DNA from: Octopus vulgaris
Taxonomy: Eukaryota
Assembly: GCA_951406725.2 (NCBI GenBank)
Contig: OX597817.1
Coordinates: 79,484,001 to 79,548,000 of the forward strand
Reading direction: 5' to 3'
DNA: 64,000 bases
Positions 1 to 14,732 of this stretch are shown here, in pieces (the first letter of the stretch is position 1; every line of letters starts with the position of its first letter). The notes under the pieces are model-generated. The model had not been told where the DNA came from, made no database searches, and saw only the letters and a list, made by a program, of their open reading frames with translations. The position numbers and the translations under genes are program-made.

Positions 1-103
1 AATAAGGAAACACGTTGAAAAAGCGACGTAGACAAAAAAAGAAAAACAAAAAAACAATAACACACACTCTGGGATATATATATATAAATATGTGTATATA
101 TAC

Positions 104-146
<43 letters not shown>

Positions 147-378
147 TAAATGCATATATATATAAATGCATATAGTCATGCACATGTATGTATGTATGTA
201 TGTATCGATCAATATGTGTGTATGCATGTGTCTTTGTACGTACAATCGTATATAGATGGATGTGTATATATATTATAAATATATATATATATATAGATAG
301 ATAGATAGATAGATACAGAGATGGAGGGAGAAAGAGAGTGAGGGACCGAGTATATATATATATGTATATATATGTATG

Positions 379-412
<34 letters not shown>

Positions 413-469
413 TGCATACATATATATACTAGCGCATAAGATAATCCCCACGCACCTCCACTACCTTAC

Positions 470-857
470 CAAATCTGATCATTAGAACAATGATAAAGTA
501 AAATAGAAAACCAGAGGACAATCTTTTACGTTCATGTGATTATCCATTTAGATGCAGTTTTTAATTAGTTTCTTCTGGTAGAATGCAGCTTGAAATATAC
601 ACGTGTTGTTGGTTTGGTTGGGAATTAGGATTGCATTAACCAATGAAATTCGCTTTGGTTAATTTTGATCAGGGGGAAAATATTCCTTAGAGATGTCATC
701 AGTGTTTTACCAAGCGAATATAAAAGCCGAGTACGTTTTGGAGAAGAGGAAAAATAAGTTCACTTGTGGAAAGCCGCAAAGATATGCAACAGAGTTGAGT
801 GGACTGTGCTTGGAATGACATATGAACAAACATACATGATGTTTTCCGGGTTTAAAA
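470..857 (-). other. Candidate exon (largely untranslated) of a minus-strand transcript that continues past the window start
   Basis: Acceptor tttcccaacag| at 857 and donor TTTG|gtaagg at 470. Unique, non-repetitive sequence with no long ORF. A possible ATG ATC AGA TTT G lies just before the donor. Confidence 0.35.
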
Positions 858-1219
858 CTGTTGGGAAATTGTGGTTACTGTCGTTGTTGTTGTTGCTGTT
901 GCTGTTGTTATTTAGACCATCGTCAATTCAGATTGTGCTGTTCTAATATCAAAAGTATTCCAGCCGTGACTACTTCGTCTTATTTACGACTAGATTATAC
1001 AACGAATAACTTATCTTTTATCCATAATACTCGTTTCAGTCGTTAGACTGCAGCCATGCTGGGGTACCGACTTGAGGAGTGTTTAGTCGAACAAATCGAC
1101 TTTAGTACTTTTTATCAAACCTGGTATTTTTCTATCGGTCTCTCTTGTGGAACTGCTAAGCTACGTGGATGTTAACAAACAACAATAGTTTCCAAGCGGT
1201 GGTAGTGGACACAGATACG

Positions 1220-1359
<140 letters not shown>

Positions 1360-1398
1360 TACGGGTACATATAGGCGGTGGTAGTGGACACAGATACG

Positions 1399-1514
<116 letters not shown>

Positions 1515-1618
1515 ATATATATATATAGGGAGAGTTTACGAAAAAAACAAAAGACGAAGACAAGTGGTGTACAAAACAAACAAATGTATTAGTATAACGC
1601 TCAGGAATAGGAAAAAGT

Positions 1619-1654
1619 TTTTTACGTTTCAAGCCTACGCTCTTCTACAGAAAG
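1619..1654 (-). ncRNA. Minimal hammerhead-like motif (CUGUAGA core variant) in a short Penelope-like element
   Basis: Minus strand reads cttt-CTGTAGA-A-GAGC-GTAG-GCTT-GAAA-CGTA-aaaa. It lies in an element of about 150 bp between two (TA)n tracts and is homologous to 19245 and 31216. Confidence 0.5.
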
Positions 1655-1682
1655 GAACACAGAAAAAACAAGGAGAGAAATA

Positions 1683-1727
<45 letters not shown>

Positions 1728-1730
<3 letters not shown>

Positions 1731-1890
1731 GACGGGCTTCTTTCAATTTCCGTCCACGAAATCCACTCTCATGACTGTGGTCGGCCCGAGATTATAGTAG
1801 AAGACACTTGACCACGGTGCCACACAATAGGACAGAACATGGAACCATGTGATTGGGAAGCAGACATCTTACAACTTAGCCACGCCTGCC
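1728..1890 (-). mobile_element. tRNA-derived SINE, family A (CORE-like), 5' part
   Basis: Reverse complement of ggctaagttgtaagatg...accacatggttccatgttc...caagtgtcttctactata...gtggatttcgtggacggaaattgaaagaagcccgtc, the same family as 23165. Confidence 0.8.
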
Positions 1891-2735
1891 CCTTTATTTA
1901 CTTTTTTAAAGTCTAGTACTTATTCTATAGGTCTTTTGTCGACCCATTAGGTTACTGGGGCATAAATACACAATCAACAAAAATAATGTGACCCCTTAGA
2001 ATATAAATAAACTTATAACAAAAAGGACTCACCGACAAAAGAATGCGACATTAAGTGTAAATTTAGCCTTTTCTATGACATGCCAAAACTTTACAATAGT
2101 GAAAATAAAAAAGGTGAACTATGCAAAATAACCAGAGAGATATTAAGGATATTCCAAATTATCTTAAATTAAGACCAATAATAGTTGGTCCAGTGTAGGA
2201 AAATCGTCATCTGACTAACTTTTTAGACTCAAAGCCATCTCCCATCTTTAGACTTTCTAGACTTAAGGCCATTTCCCATCTTTAGACATCCTAATAAAAG
2301 AAAGCAGCAACCAAACAGGGACGGACATATTCTGTAAACCTACGAAGTGCAAACAATATTTGCTTTCCAATTTGTGCAATTGAAAAATACAACAGAGCAA
2401 ATGTATCTCTCCCACAATCGATGTTTTTCACAACAGTGATCTTTTCTAAAACTCTTTATGAATTCGGGACTTAGATCAAGTTCGAAGGAACAATGTGGTT
2501 TGTGAATGTAGCATGAAAGATAAAAGATTTGCAATGATAAAGCTCAATCCTTATAGACACCTATAAGAGGTCCATAAGAGGGCAAAGGAGTCAGCATTTG
2601 ATGCAGTTATTTTATATATAAGTTTGAATATTTAAGGACACAACTAATACAATATATATATATGTTCGATTGTTTCATCGTTTTTATTCGTTGCACAAAC
2701 TAAAATTGTGAAAAACTATATTTTCTGCGAATAAA

Positions 2736-2806
<71 letters not shown>

Positions 2807-2844
2807 GTATATACACACTGGTGTGTATGATTGTGCATAGAAGA

Positions 2845-3163
2845 GTATATTACTCGAACAAATTCTAACCTTGTCTGATTTTCACGTTTTATTTACAATC
2901 TTATAATAATATAGTATAAGTAAATATTATATAATGAAATGATAGAATATCAACTGTCCTTTCTGATTGATCTAGTACTTTCATGAATTATACTAGGCAA
3001 TCTTCAGGTTCATGTAGTAGTTATGATAGTTATGCTTTACAATTTACAACAGTTGTAAATTTAATATTCTATCATTTCATTATATTATATTATCTAATTA
3101 TATTATATTATAAGATTGTAAATAAAACGTGAAAATCAATGTTGGAATTTCTTTGAGTAATAT
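2845..3163. repeat. Long imperfect inverted repeat (fold-back, Penelope-like terminal remnant)
   Basis: Arms about 2845-2950 and 3064-3163, e.g. tgattttcacgttttatttacaatcttataata / tattataagattgtaaataaaacgtgaaaatca. The loop carries CTGAAGA...GAAA on the minus strand. Flanked by (TA)n. Confidence 0.75.
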
Positions 3164-3168
3164 ATATA

Positions 3169-3237
<69 letters not shown>

Positions 3238-3344
3238 TGTACGTATATGAGTTTGATTCTGGTTAGAGTTAGGGTTAGGTCATCATTTTTCAGTCAATGT
3301 CGGTTTAAATCGGAGAATATATATCATTATTATGACCTGTTATT

Positions 3345-3550
3345 ATGAGGCGGCGAGCTGAGAGTCGTTAGCCCGACGGGCGTAATTATTACTGCTATTT
3401 CGTCTGAGTTCACGTTCTGAGTTCAAATACCGCCGGGGTCGACTTTACCTTTCATTCTTTCGGGGTCGATAAGTTAAGCACTGAGAACGATGTAATCGAT
3501 AGTCCCCGCCTCCAAAATTTCAGGGTTTGTGCCTATAGTAGAAAGGATTA
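3345..3550 (+). mobile_element. SINE family B
   Basis: ggcggcgagctg...ttctgagttcaaat..cgcc..ggtcgacttt.cctttcat.ctttcggggtcgataa motif, which recurs many times in the window. Confidence 0.8.
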
Positions 3551-3575
3551 TGATATGTGTGTGTGTGTTTGTGTG

Positions 3576-3623
<48 letters not shown>

Positions 3624-3624
<1 letters not shown>

Positions 3625-3784
3625 GACGGGCTTCTTTCAGTTTCCGTCCATCAAATCCATTCATAAGGCCTTGGTCAGCCCGAGGCTACAGAAGTAGACA
3701 CTTGCCCAAGTTGCCACGCAGTGGGACTGAACCCGGAACCATGTGGTTTGGAAACATGCTTCTTACCACACAGCCACTTCTGCA

Positions 3785-3785
<1 letters not shown>
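3624..3785 (-). mobile_element. SINE family A, 5' part
   Basis: Reverse complement of the family A head and core, between (TA)n tracts. Confidence 0.8.
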
Positions 3786-3835
<50 letters not shown>

Positions 3836-4001
3836 TGCTATATCCGTTAGTTACAACGAACGAGTGAAAATGTGTTCTATCGCATAGTATAATGTAGTAA
3901 TGCATTTAAGTTGAATGAATAGCCTGTTACACTAGGGGTTTTCTGGCTTGAGTTTAGTCTTTCAGATAAAAGGAACTGGACGGTTGGTAAAGGTACCTTA
4001 C

Positions 4002-4085
4002 CATAATACTGGACAGACAGGAACATACAAAATGATCGAACTCTGAATCAAGGTTTTGTGGTCGGGATTAGCAGTGGACAAGAGT
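4002..4085 (-). other. Candidate 84-nt exon of the minus-strand transcript
   Basis: Strong acceptor cttctattccttcag| and donor ATG|gtaagg. One frame is open (LLSTANPDHKTLIQSSIILYVPVCPVL). Alternatively it is a 5' UTR exon ending in ATG. Confidence 0.5.
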
Positions 4086-5237
4086 CTGAAGGAATAGAAG
4101 CTTTGCAAAATGCATGCACATATACATGCATATGTATGTGTGTGCGTGAGAGAAAGAGATAGAGAGAGAGAAAGAGGGAGAGAGAGAGAAAGTGTGTGTG
4201 AGTGCGCGTCTGCTTTAGTTTTAGTATGAAGAAAGACAAACAAAAAGTGAGGTTGCCGCTCTCAGCATTACATGCACGCATATTCATGCACACACATATG
4301 GACAATCACGCACTGACACACGAATACGATCACACACAGACATGCACACATCCAAAAATACATGCAAACTAATTAGTTTGACGCAAGCCAGCAGTTGGCA
4401 GATGGATGAACTGGTGGAAGGAGATACGGGAGTGAAGCGTAGCGTGGGTGAACAACTGATATACCAAAGTCAACACACACTTTACCTACCAAATATTGGC
4501 ATAGACAGAAGATAGAAAAAGAAAGATGAAATATTTCAAGAAAGAAAAGAGCAAACAAAAAATAGTAAGGAAGGGGCAGTGAAGAACAGAAAGGATAGCA
4601 ATGATGATTTTAAGTTATGGTTGTTCTGTATTACGGTCATACACACACACTCACTCACTCAATCATTCACACACGCACATTTACATACGCATACATAAGC
4701 AAGTAAAGTGGTACTTGTTCACACATCAACTGACACCTAGCATTGCAAGAAGGAGCATAAGATGCAAGAATTGCCAAAGCTAAATTTCCTGGAACATGTT
4801 GTACATGTAATCCACACTATTTTGCATGCAGGATCTAAAATTCCCGTGACCAACAGACTTGCTTACTGATTTTTCGCAGACTTATACCTTGCACAATAAT
4901 AGTTTCAAATTTTGGCACAACACTAGCAGATCCGGGGTAGAGGTTGGTCACATCCCCACTAATGCTCAAGCGGTACTTATTTTATCAACCCCGAAAGGAT
5001 GGAAAACACATCAGCTCTGGTACAGATCGACCTTACAGTAGAGATAATGTAGATATGAAATATTTTGTACTTGAATAATACTGCCAACCGATAATTTAAT
5101 ACGATGTATGGCAATATACAGTACTGTAAATTACAAAAGCAGGTCAATAATAAGAGTATTGGTGGAGGGCATCCATCGTTCAATGATGAGGATTCAGTCG
5201 TTTGATCAACTGAACAACCTGCTTCTGAATTAACTTA

Positions 5238-5447
5238 TACGACGGAATGCTGAAAAGTTCCAAGCTTTGGACAAAAGCAAATACCAGGGCATCGGTTAAA
5301 TATGACATATCCCCTTCTCAGTTTCACCCACTTATTGCAACCGTCCTTCAGTTTTTCTAAGCCCTGTAAAAGAACTTAAAAGTTATCGCCTCCAACCATG
5401 ACTTTCGCGATACTCTTAAAGCCAGGAACTTTCAGCAGCCCCTCGTT
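5238..5447 (-). mobile_element. mariner-derived MITE (internally deleted)
   Basis: TIRs TA-CGACGGAATGCTGAAAAGTTCCAAGCTTT and (rc) CGAGGGGCTGCTGAAAGTTCCTGGCTTT. The interior resembles a mariner transposase C-terminus (QGLEKLKDGCNKWVKLRRGYV). Confidence 0.75.
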
Positions 5448-6124
5448 AGTTGTTGAATATTCCAAAGACACATATGCTCGAAACGTAAATCTCTGGTAGA
5501 AACAGCATGACAGTGCACCATAAAGCTGTACCGTTTGAGTTATGAGTACATCTACTCTCTGGGTTTCTGTGTTGCCACTGTCTACCTAGATTCACTCGAA
5601 AGGTATAGCATACCTGAGGATATCGGAAACAACATTTGCTTAAGCTGCCATTCACTGGCAGCGATTCCGGGGCCTCTTGGTTGCGCATCAATACCACTAA
5701 TGTTCATTTCAAATTTTGGTACAAGGCCAACATTTTTGAAAGAAGTGTAAGTCGATTATATCGACCCAGTGTTCAACTGGTACTTACTATTAATATAGAA
5801 TACTAATCTCAATGCCTGGGAACCAGAATTTTCAGAGATCGAAGTTCAACAGTTTACAAGGCGTTAGCATCAAGGTTCTAGAATACACGATCTCAGCATG
5901 TACAATACGATATTGAGCGAAAATAAGATTTTAACTTATATTTCAAAATTTTAAATTCCTTACAAAGTACTTCTGTTTCTAACCAACACATGCTGAATTC
6001 TCTTTCACAGAACATTAACAAAATTTCATGTAATTGCCTCAACACAAACAACGGACCTTTAGAAATCAAATCCAAACTTCAAGTAAAACATTCACTACCA
6101 GCTAACAATTGAAATACATCGTTA

Positions 6125-6445
6125 AAACATAGATGGGAATCATGGCAACTCCCTTTAACTTAAGGTCTACCAGCGTATGAAGACTTTCTGTAAAGAAAAT
6201 AGAAATAACCACGCATCATTATTCAGATTTTTATTGGACTGAAAAATCCAAAACAAACAGTATAACTTGAAATAAAGATACCCTTATTGGCCAAATCCTA
6301 CACTAGTAATATATTAAAAAAATGTCTAACATATGCACTCCTGAGAGTGATAAAATACTATTTGTTAAAAAGATAGATAAAATAGACAAATAAATGAATA
6401 AATAAATAAAAGAACTTATTGACACACACATCGAATGCATTCCTC
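6125..6445 (+). mobile_element. Degenerate Penelope-like GIY-YIG/C-terminal ORF fragment
   Basis: Frameshifted translation T*MGIMATPFNLR / KTFCKENRNNHASL / NKQYNLK* / KKC..C...ELI fits the YIG..FK.R...H.F...L.....Y.LKW...C..C pattern of Penelope endonucleases. Confidence 0.45.
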
Positions 6446-6687
6446 ATTACCAGAAATGGACATTTAAAACTTTCTAGTATTTAAAATCGTCTTATTTACT
6501 CTACACTGACGTTAAAAACAATATTTTCATGTGACATTTCTTTTAGCTTCCATCTATTTTTCTCGATACTTTCCAACGCAAAATTTTGCTTTCTACATTT
6601 GTTCATCATCTATCATCATAAATTCCTAAACATTTATATCCACATCCATTCTGGGTGTATTTTATCATCCCTTTCTCTTTATATATT

Positions 6688-6761
<74 letters not shown>

Positions 6762-6840
6762 CATATATATATTTTCATATATATATATACACACACATAT
6801 ATATACCTATATATATATATATATGTAATTTGTATGTGTG

Positions 6841-6914
<74 letters not shown>

Positions 6915-7039
6915 CATATATGAATGTGAATATTTTTTATACAAATTTACTATAAAATATATCTATAAAGATATGTATACATATGCATTTATCCATGCAT
7001 CATATACACATATATCACACATATATACATATATGTATA

Positions 7040-7095
<56 letters not shown>

Positions 7096-7445
7096 AAATA
7101 CATTCATGCATATATATATATGTGTGTGTGTGTGTGTGTTTGAGAACTAGTGTACCTCTGCATCATTTGTATGAGCTTTTTTGTATTTGTATCAATATAA
7201 ATACATATATTTTTTGTAATCATATTTTTCAAATATTGTATATTTTTTTTTTTTTTGTATTTCTATACGTGTAGATTTATTTATCTTTATCCAAACAAAC
7301 ATCTTCGTTTTGTGTGTAAATAAGATGTTCGTCTGTTTGAATGCATATTAATGCATCTATATATTCCAGGTTGCATGTTTCTCTATGTTATCTTAAATTT
7401 GTTTGTGCATGTGTATCTGTGTAAGTATATTATATGTACATAAGC

Positions 7446-7497
<52 letters not shown>

Positions 7498-8799
7498 CAT
7501 TCGACCTCTCTCTCACTCTGTATGTTTGTATGTATGAATGTATGTATATATGTATGCCTGTATATATGTATGTATTTGTCATATCTATATATCTCTATGT
7601 ATATACATGTGTGTGCTTTAGTACGTATGCATGGATGTTATATACATATATATATATAACATACATATATACATGCACGTATGCACATATTATAAATACA
7701 TATGCATGTGCATATGCAAGTGCATACGCACATGTATTTATATTTGAGTGCATGTGCATATACGTGTGTGTATTTGGATGTACTAACTACGAATGTCATT
7801 AACCTTTAATAATTTCATTTACCTCACAGCTAATTCATTGCTCTGAACTTTCATAATTCATACATAAAACTCAGTTTTTAGCAAAATATTTTAAATTCGA
7901 TTTTAAGCAACTGATTTATCTTTAATTTCATTATCTTCACAGAAACGGTAGAGACCGCTAACTTTTAGTCCAGCGACCATTTCAAGACAGGGTGTTTTAC
8001 ATTGATTTCTATATTAATCTATTTCCTATATTAGCTTGAAATATTTTTCTAATTATGCATCTATCTCACCGAACTTTAATTGTCTGTCTTAAATCCGTTT
8101 AATTTTTACTTATATTGTTATCTAGCTATCTAATCTAGTAAATATCGCCGAAATACAGTTTATATATTTCAATATGGCTTTTATAAGATATGAAATGTAA
8201 TTGCATATGCATATATTAATATATGCGATGACAACAGATAAGTATTATTAAAATCACTTTTAATTTGGTTTCATAAGCATTGCAAAAAATGTGATACATT
8301 ATATCCTCTGTTTTTGGCTTATTCTTTTATTCATCTCTTCTGCATCACCACTCTGTAAAGTAAGCTAATTTTTAAGAGGTCTGAATGTCCTTTGCAGTTT
8401 CTTGTATATTGTCTTGGATGAACGTCCACCCTAGAGTCCGTTGTACGAAACTCCGTTGCACACGACGCCTTTGTTAAGCAAGGTTCTGAAAATTTGATGC
8501 ATTTTCCCGAGATTATGTCTAGTTAAGTTGTGTGTTATGGGAAAGTTTAAACAGAATATCTGTATGTTGAGCGATGGTTTGGTCTGAAGCTGAACGTACT
8601 TTTCAAGATTAGTTGATTGTTTACAAAACAACTTTGAATCTGTTGGTGAATTTGTGCTTTCTTACTTTGCTGGTGATGTTGGGTACTCAATTAAATAAGT
8701 CGTATTTAAATCCCTTAGGTCTTAAATCAATATCTATAGAGCTGAAATGCAAAAAAGTTGTTTGATTTCTTGGTTGTCCCATTTTTGGATGGGAACGGT

Positions 8800-9170
8800 T
8801 TAAGGGGCTGTAGATGGGGTCGGATTGGCGCCAAAATTTACACTGGGGGTAAAATGGGGTGGACAGTGGTGTTAGAAGGGTTGCAAGTCGCTCGGGGCTA
8901 CCGTTTGGTTGCCATGGTGAGGAATATGGGAAAGGCAAAGAAGACGAACAAAAGAAGAAAGGGAAAAGGAGACAACACACACAAAACAACACCACCACCA
9001 AAACCCGAGCAAAGCACGGGTCAAATTTAGCTAGTCTTTCAAGAACTGTTGTAAATAGCGGAAGTGAGGTAGAACGGTAAACCTTTGTGGGTATGCACAG
9101 CAGAGTTCAAGGTCAATCTGTGTCTAGCGGCTTTTCTCTGCATGCTTCAGCTTCGTTACTATGGCAACAG
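8800..9170. promoter_or_regulatory. Probable (bidirectional) promoter with RFX X-boxes
   Basis: X-boxes GTTGCCATGGTGAG (8908-8921) and GTTACTATGGCAAC (9155-9168). Also ETS GCGGAAGTG (9058-9066), forkhead-like GTAAATA (9051-9057) and E2F-like/CCAAT ATTGGCGCCAA (8824-8834). Unique sequence, richer in GC than its surroundings. Confidence 0.6.
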
Positions 9171-9195
9171 TCCGGATACTTATTGATCAGATCAG
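9161..9195 (+). CDS. Possible first coding exon (MATVRILIDQI..) of a plus-strand gene
   Basis: ATG at 9161 followed by donor CAG|gtatgt at 9195. No downstream exon could be identified. Confidence 0.3.
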
Positions 9196-10101
9196 GTATG
9201 TGCGTGTATGCGTGTATGCATCTTTTGTAAAAAGACCGCAGTAGTACACTTGAAGCATTTTGATCCTGAAGAACAAATAATGAAGATGAGAGCTTCTAAC
9301 AATGCGAAAATTGGAAGTTAAGTAACTTTTATATATTTTAGGCATAAAGGCGCATCGTCAGAACTCTTCGGCTTAAAAATGAACGTTTACGTAGAACATG
9401 TCATGCTGATTGCCATACGAACAGTGTTATCTTTTAAAGATTCCAGTCAGAGCCTGTGACCAGTTCCAGGAGTCTTTTCATCCTATAGGATTCTCAAGTC
9501 AAAATATCCGTCATGTATGACGGATTCAATGTAATCAACTGTCTCTAACATTAAATTTTTGCTCTTGTTCACGACTGTAGGACAAGAAAAGAACGATTCA
9601 ACCGTAGGCGAAACTGGGCACACCATCAATTTTGATTTAATCTACATATTTATCGACTCTATCAACATCAGTGACTTCTGTATTAGATAATGCTTGTGCG
9701 TGTATTGTGTATCTGTCTGTATTAGCCTATAAGCCGTAACAATGGTAAAGCACCACTTTCGTTGTTGCTACATTTTTACTAACCCGCCGTTATTGGTTAT
9801 TACAATGGCAATACATTGTCCCCATTTGCATTTTTACCATGTAGTAGGGTCATCTACAATTTCAGATATGTGCATATATATACATTCCTATATATGTATG
9901 TATACTATGTGTGTGTGAGTATGTTTATATATATAGCTAAATACATTAGGATGTTATTTCTTGCAGCTAGAGTGATAACTTGCAGTCTCCCACTTTAGTT
10001 TATCCCCTAACCTAGTAAAGTGTTGCCCAACTTGGGATCTACGAATGCCTGGTGGTCCAGAAAGATAACACTGGGGGTTTGGGAACTAAATTCAAACTTT
10101 C

Positions 10102-10163
<62 letters not shown>

Positions 10164-10222
10164 GTGTGTGTGTGTGTATATATACATGTATATATATGTA
10201 TATATATATATATATATATATA

Positions 10223-10789
10223 CTGGCTTGGACCCGGCGTTGCTCGTGTTTTCCGTGTTGAAGTTAAGCCCACTTCTGACCTTGTATTGAAATCTTCTAC
10301 GTTCCCCGTGCCAACTATTACCCATTAAGATGTTATATCTGGTTCAGCAGGCTGTTGCAGGATGAATAGATGTGTGGCAGGCGAAGGAAAGATGGTCAGA
10401 GCAGGCGACGGAGTTTTGTTGACGGAGCGGAGTTTTGCTGCCGACGGTGTCGTGTTCAGTAGTGCAGAGGATACCAATGTAAATAAGCATTTCCTTAGAG
10501 ACTATTCTATTGATTTTGTTGAAATTTTACACGTGAAAAACTGCAAATGCTGCAGGAAAAATAATATCATTATGGGAATTTCCATTCAAACGCCCGATTG
10601 AGCTCACAAAAATCGATGCCAACTGAGCATTATTGAGTTTTCGAAAAATTCCGGCCTTATTTGAATTTCAGGGCATATGATCTACCTATGAGCCAGAAAT
10701 CCTTAAAATCAGTTGAACGGTGCGGTAAGAGTTAGAGTAACCCCAAACACACACACAGACAGACACCATTACACATTTATGTATATAGA
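10223..10789 (-). mobile_element. Non-autonomous Helitron
   Basis: Minus-strand 5' end A|TCTATATAC with (CTGT)/(GT) repeats, and 3' hairpin CACGAGCAACGCCGGG..GCCAG|T. Same terminal architecture as 32680 and 45664. Confidence 0.7.
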
Positions 10790-11057
10790 TAAGGATAAGT
10801 ATATTTAAAAGGGTCCTGGGAAAACTCATTTAAATAAAAGGGTTGACAACCACTGTTGGGAACCACAGTGAAAATGTTGGGAACCACTGCTTTAATAGTT
10901 TGTTTAATAAATATCAGAAAAATGAAAAATAAAGTGGAACTCAGACGGGTTTAAGCTCAAATCCTGAGCATACGTAAGAAAATATGACCATGAATTTTTG
11001 TCAGAAGCAGAAATAATTTAGGCCTTCAGCCTGCCATCAGACTATTTGGATATATGT

Positions 11058-11103
<46 letters not shown>

Positions 11104-11118
11104 TATATATATAATATT

Positions 11119-11154
<36 letters not shown>

Positions 11155-12272
11155 TATGTATGTATATATATGTATATATATATACACATATGCATTTATC
11201 TATGTTTGTGTGTGTTTGCAAATGTGTGTATGTGGGGGGGTTATGTGTGTTTGTGTGTGCGTATGAATATCAGATTATTGTATGTATTGTTGGGTAACTT
11301 TGAAAGTAGAAACAGATTTAGAAACAGCAGATAGTTTACATATTGTAAAAGAAATACAATGGAGGTAAATATTTATGCTTTATTTCAATAATGACAAGTA
11401 TTTTCACAAGAACAACAACATGAACGTTAATATCATCAAGAGTAACAGCAATAACAATAAAAAATGACGGCTATGAAAATCAACGAACAATAAACAAAAA
11501 GAAATGATAATTCTATGTATGTATATACATATTTATATATACGTATACATATATATACATAAGTATAGAAAAATGTAAATGTATTTACATATACACATAT
11601 ATACTTACATATATATATGGTTATATATTTATATATATATATATATATATATGTTCATTTGTAAATATAGGCATATACATATGCCTATATATACATATAT
11701 ACAAACATATATGACGATGTATGCATAAAATACAATACACAAATATATATGATATAATATAATATTATACATATATATATACATACATATATATATATAT
11801 ATATAATACATAAAACAATGTATATGTATATGAATGCATATATGTGTATGTATATGCATTTCTCAGCTCTTGGACACATACGCGAATACACACATCGATG
11901 TACAGACATACGCATATTGATGTATCGATGTATATGTGTGTTTATGCACACATGTGTGTCTGATGTCAACGCATTCACATGCACGTGTAGCATGTGTCAT
12001 GAATATATAATTGAATTACATAACACATAGCTACAACATTCCAATAATAGTAACACAGAGGGGATGAATTTCTTCTCTTTAACACGAGTGAAGACCTGAA
12101 TCAAACCAATACCACACACATGCATACATATGTAGGTGCATAAATATATATATATATATATATGTATGTATATATATGCATATATACATGTATATACCTA
12201 CATGCATACATACATATACATACATATATATATACATACATACATACATACATACATACATACATACATACA

Positions 12273-12330
<58 letters not shown>

Positions 12331-13092
12331 AAGATATGCATAAATACATACAGACACAAAAAAGATTAAGTGAAGTTGAAGAAGGAAGAGTTGCAAAACT
12401 TTTGACAAAACTCATTTTCTTTGATCTTTTTCTTTACCTTTTTCTTTTTTGTGTGTTTGTTTGCCTGTTGTTTTTGTTTATATTATTGCATAGAACAGTA
12501 TTGTTTGAAATACTTGTTCTTTTCAAAACTCTATTTCCAACCATTTCAACTGTCGAGTTCAAACGGCCTGTATTATGTTTGGGTTTATGTGAGAGTATAT
12601 CTTTGTACGTATGTGTGCATGTATGCTTATGTATATGTGAGTGTGTGTGTGAGTGTGTGCGTGCCTATGCATGTGGCAACGAATGTATGCATGTGTGCAT
12701 GTATGTATAAATATATGTATATATGTTGGTTTGTATAAGTTTATGATTTTGGAGCAATATGGTTACGCATGTATGCATGTATGCCTGTATGTATGTATGC
12801 CCATATGCATCCATATACATGTATGGATACATCTATAGAAGCATTATTCATTTGTGTAGATATGTCGGTGTACGAGTATATATATTTCATATTGTTTCTT
12901 CTCACTCATCTATCATATGTATATATATATGTGTGTGTCTGTATGTGTATGTATGTGTGTGTGTATGTATGTGTGTATGTGTATGTATGTGTGTGTATGT
13001 ATGTGTGTAAATATGGATAGATGGATTGAATCATACATATATATATAACATATATATATACACAGTTAGTTAGATAGATAGATAGATGGATA

Positions 13093-13137
<45 letters not shown>

Positions 13138-13851
13138 CAGATAGCTAGATATAGATGTACACACACACACATACACACACATATATATATATATATATTC
13201 AAATACGCCAGCTAAGTTGAACTGTCTAAAGTCGAAAGACGCCTGTTGTTTTTGTCCTATTATTATTATTGTTTTTTGTATTTATATTCGTGTAACATCG
13301 TCCGTTTTTCTGTCCTTGTTTCGTATACATTCGAACCTTCTTCCAAGAAATCTAATACTCGTAGCTTAGTTTTTCCTTGGGGTTGGCCAGATCGGAGCAA
13401 TCTCTAATCAGTCGAAATTGCGAGGATGATCCGGTTCTTGACTGAAAATTAGAGGCTTCGAATGACCCGTCCGTTTTTTGTATCGTTTATTTGAATGTTT
13501 TGCGTTCCTGTCCCATTTTGTATTTTTATATATATTTTTTATACATATATATGTATGTATGTATGAATGAATGTATGTATATGTATGTATGTGTTGATAT
13601 ATATACATATATATATATATTGCAATGTTATTGTTACACTCTATTTTAATCTGAATTTTGCTGTTATCCTCATATCATATGACGGCGATACTCTTAAGGC
13701 TCACAGAAGTAACAGAGTAAATGTTAACATTTTATTAACAGCAATGAATAAATAACAGTCCGTCACAGAATTACTTATTTTTGTCACCCCGAGCATATAC
13801 AAGATGTTTTTTTACCTGTGTATTATTTAACTATATATATAATTAGTTTCA

Positions 13852-14050
13852 GTGGAGGCGCGTGGCTTAGTGGTTAGGGTGTCAGCATCATGATCGTAAG
13901 ATTGTGGTTTCGATTCCTGGACCGGGCGACGCGTTGTGTTCTTGAGTAAAACACTTCATTTCACATTGCTCTAGCCCACTCAGCTGGCAAAAATGAGTAA
14001 CGCTGCGATGGACTGACGTCCCGTCCAGTTGGGGAACACATACGCCGAAC
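13852..14050 (+). mobile_element. tRNA-derived SINE family C
   Basis: Pol III A box TGGCTTAGTGG and B box GGTTTCGATTCC, followed by a cttgagtaaaacacttcatttcac core. Related copies at 29805, 41490 (-) and 48180 (-). Confidence 0.8.
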
Positions 14051-14309
14051 CACTAAGTTTCGGGGAATCAGACACACCAATATTGGTTGTCAAGCGATGG
14101 GTGGGGGATGGGTGTAACAAATACAGACACAAACACAAATATACATGTGAGTGTATTTTATCCCATGGAGGGTTGCACTTACAACCCCTATCTCAATATA
14201 TATATATATAAATTAATAATAAAATACTAGGGAATAAATCCAAACTTACAGGGAAAAATCAGATTTAGGATTAAATCCAATTTTATAGTAAAATATATTA
14301 TATTATATT

Positions 14310-14732
14310 ATATTAAATTAGAGATAAAACCACTATTAGGCAAATCAAACAATGAAAAACATAAGCCAATACATAAAATTAATTAATTTATATTATTTAA
14401 AATATATATCAAAAGTATTAAAAGTTTAATAAAAGATAAAGAGTAAAACACTACGATCGTTTCATGGCTGTACAATTCGTAATAATTCGAGTTATTCATT
14501 GCTAAACCTCGCTAAAATAAATATTTCAATTAACCTGAAGATTGATTGTAACCATAACTCGAATTATTACGAATTGTACAGCCATGAAACGATCGTAGTG
14601 TTTTACTCTTTATCTTTTATTAAACTTTTAATACTTTTGATATATATTTAAAATAATATAAATTAATTAATTTTATGTATTGGCTTATGTTTTTCATTGT
14701 TTGATTTGCCTAATAGTCGTTTTATCTCTAAA

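Noticed and set aside
3261-3279. ggttagagttagggttagg, telomere-like
   Set aside because: Only about three degenerate units; too short to call an interstitial telomere.
13852-13925. tRNA-like sequences (also 29805, 35058, 59487, 61508)
   Set aside because: These are SINE heads with A and B boxes that run into SINE bodies, without a proper cloverleaf. They are not tRNA genes.
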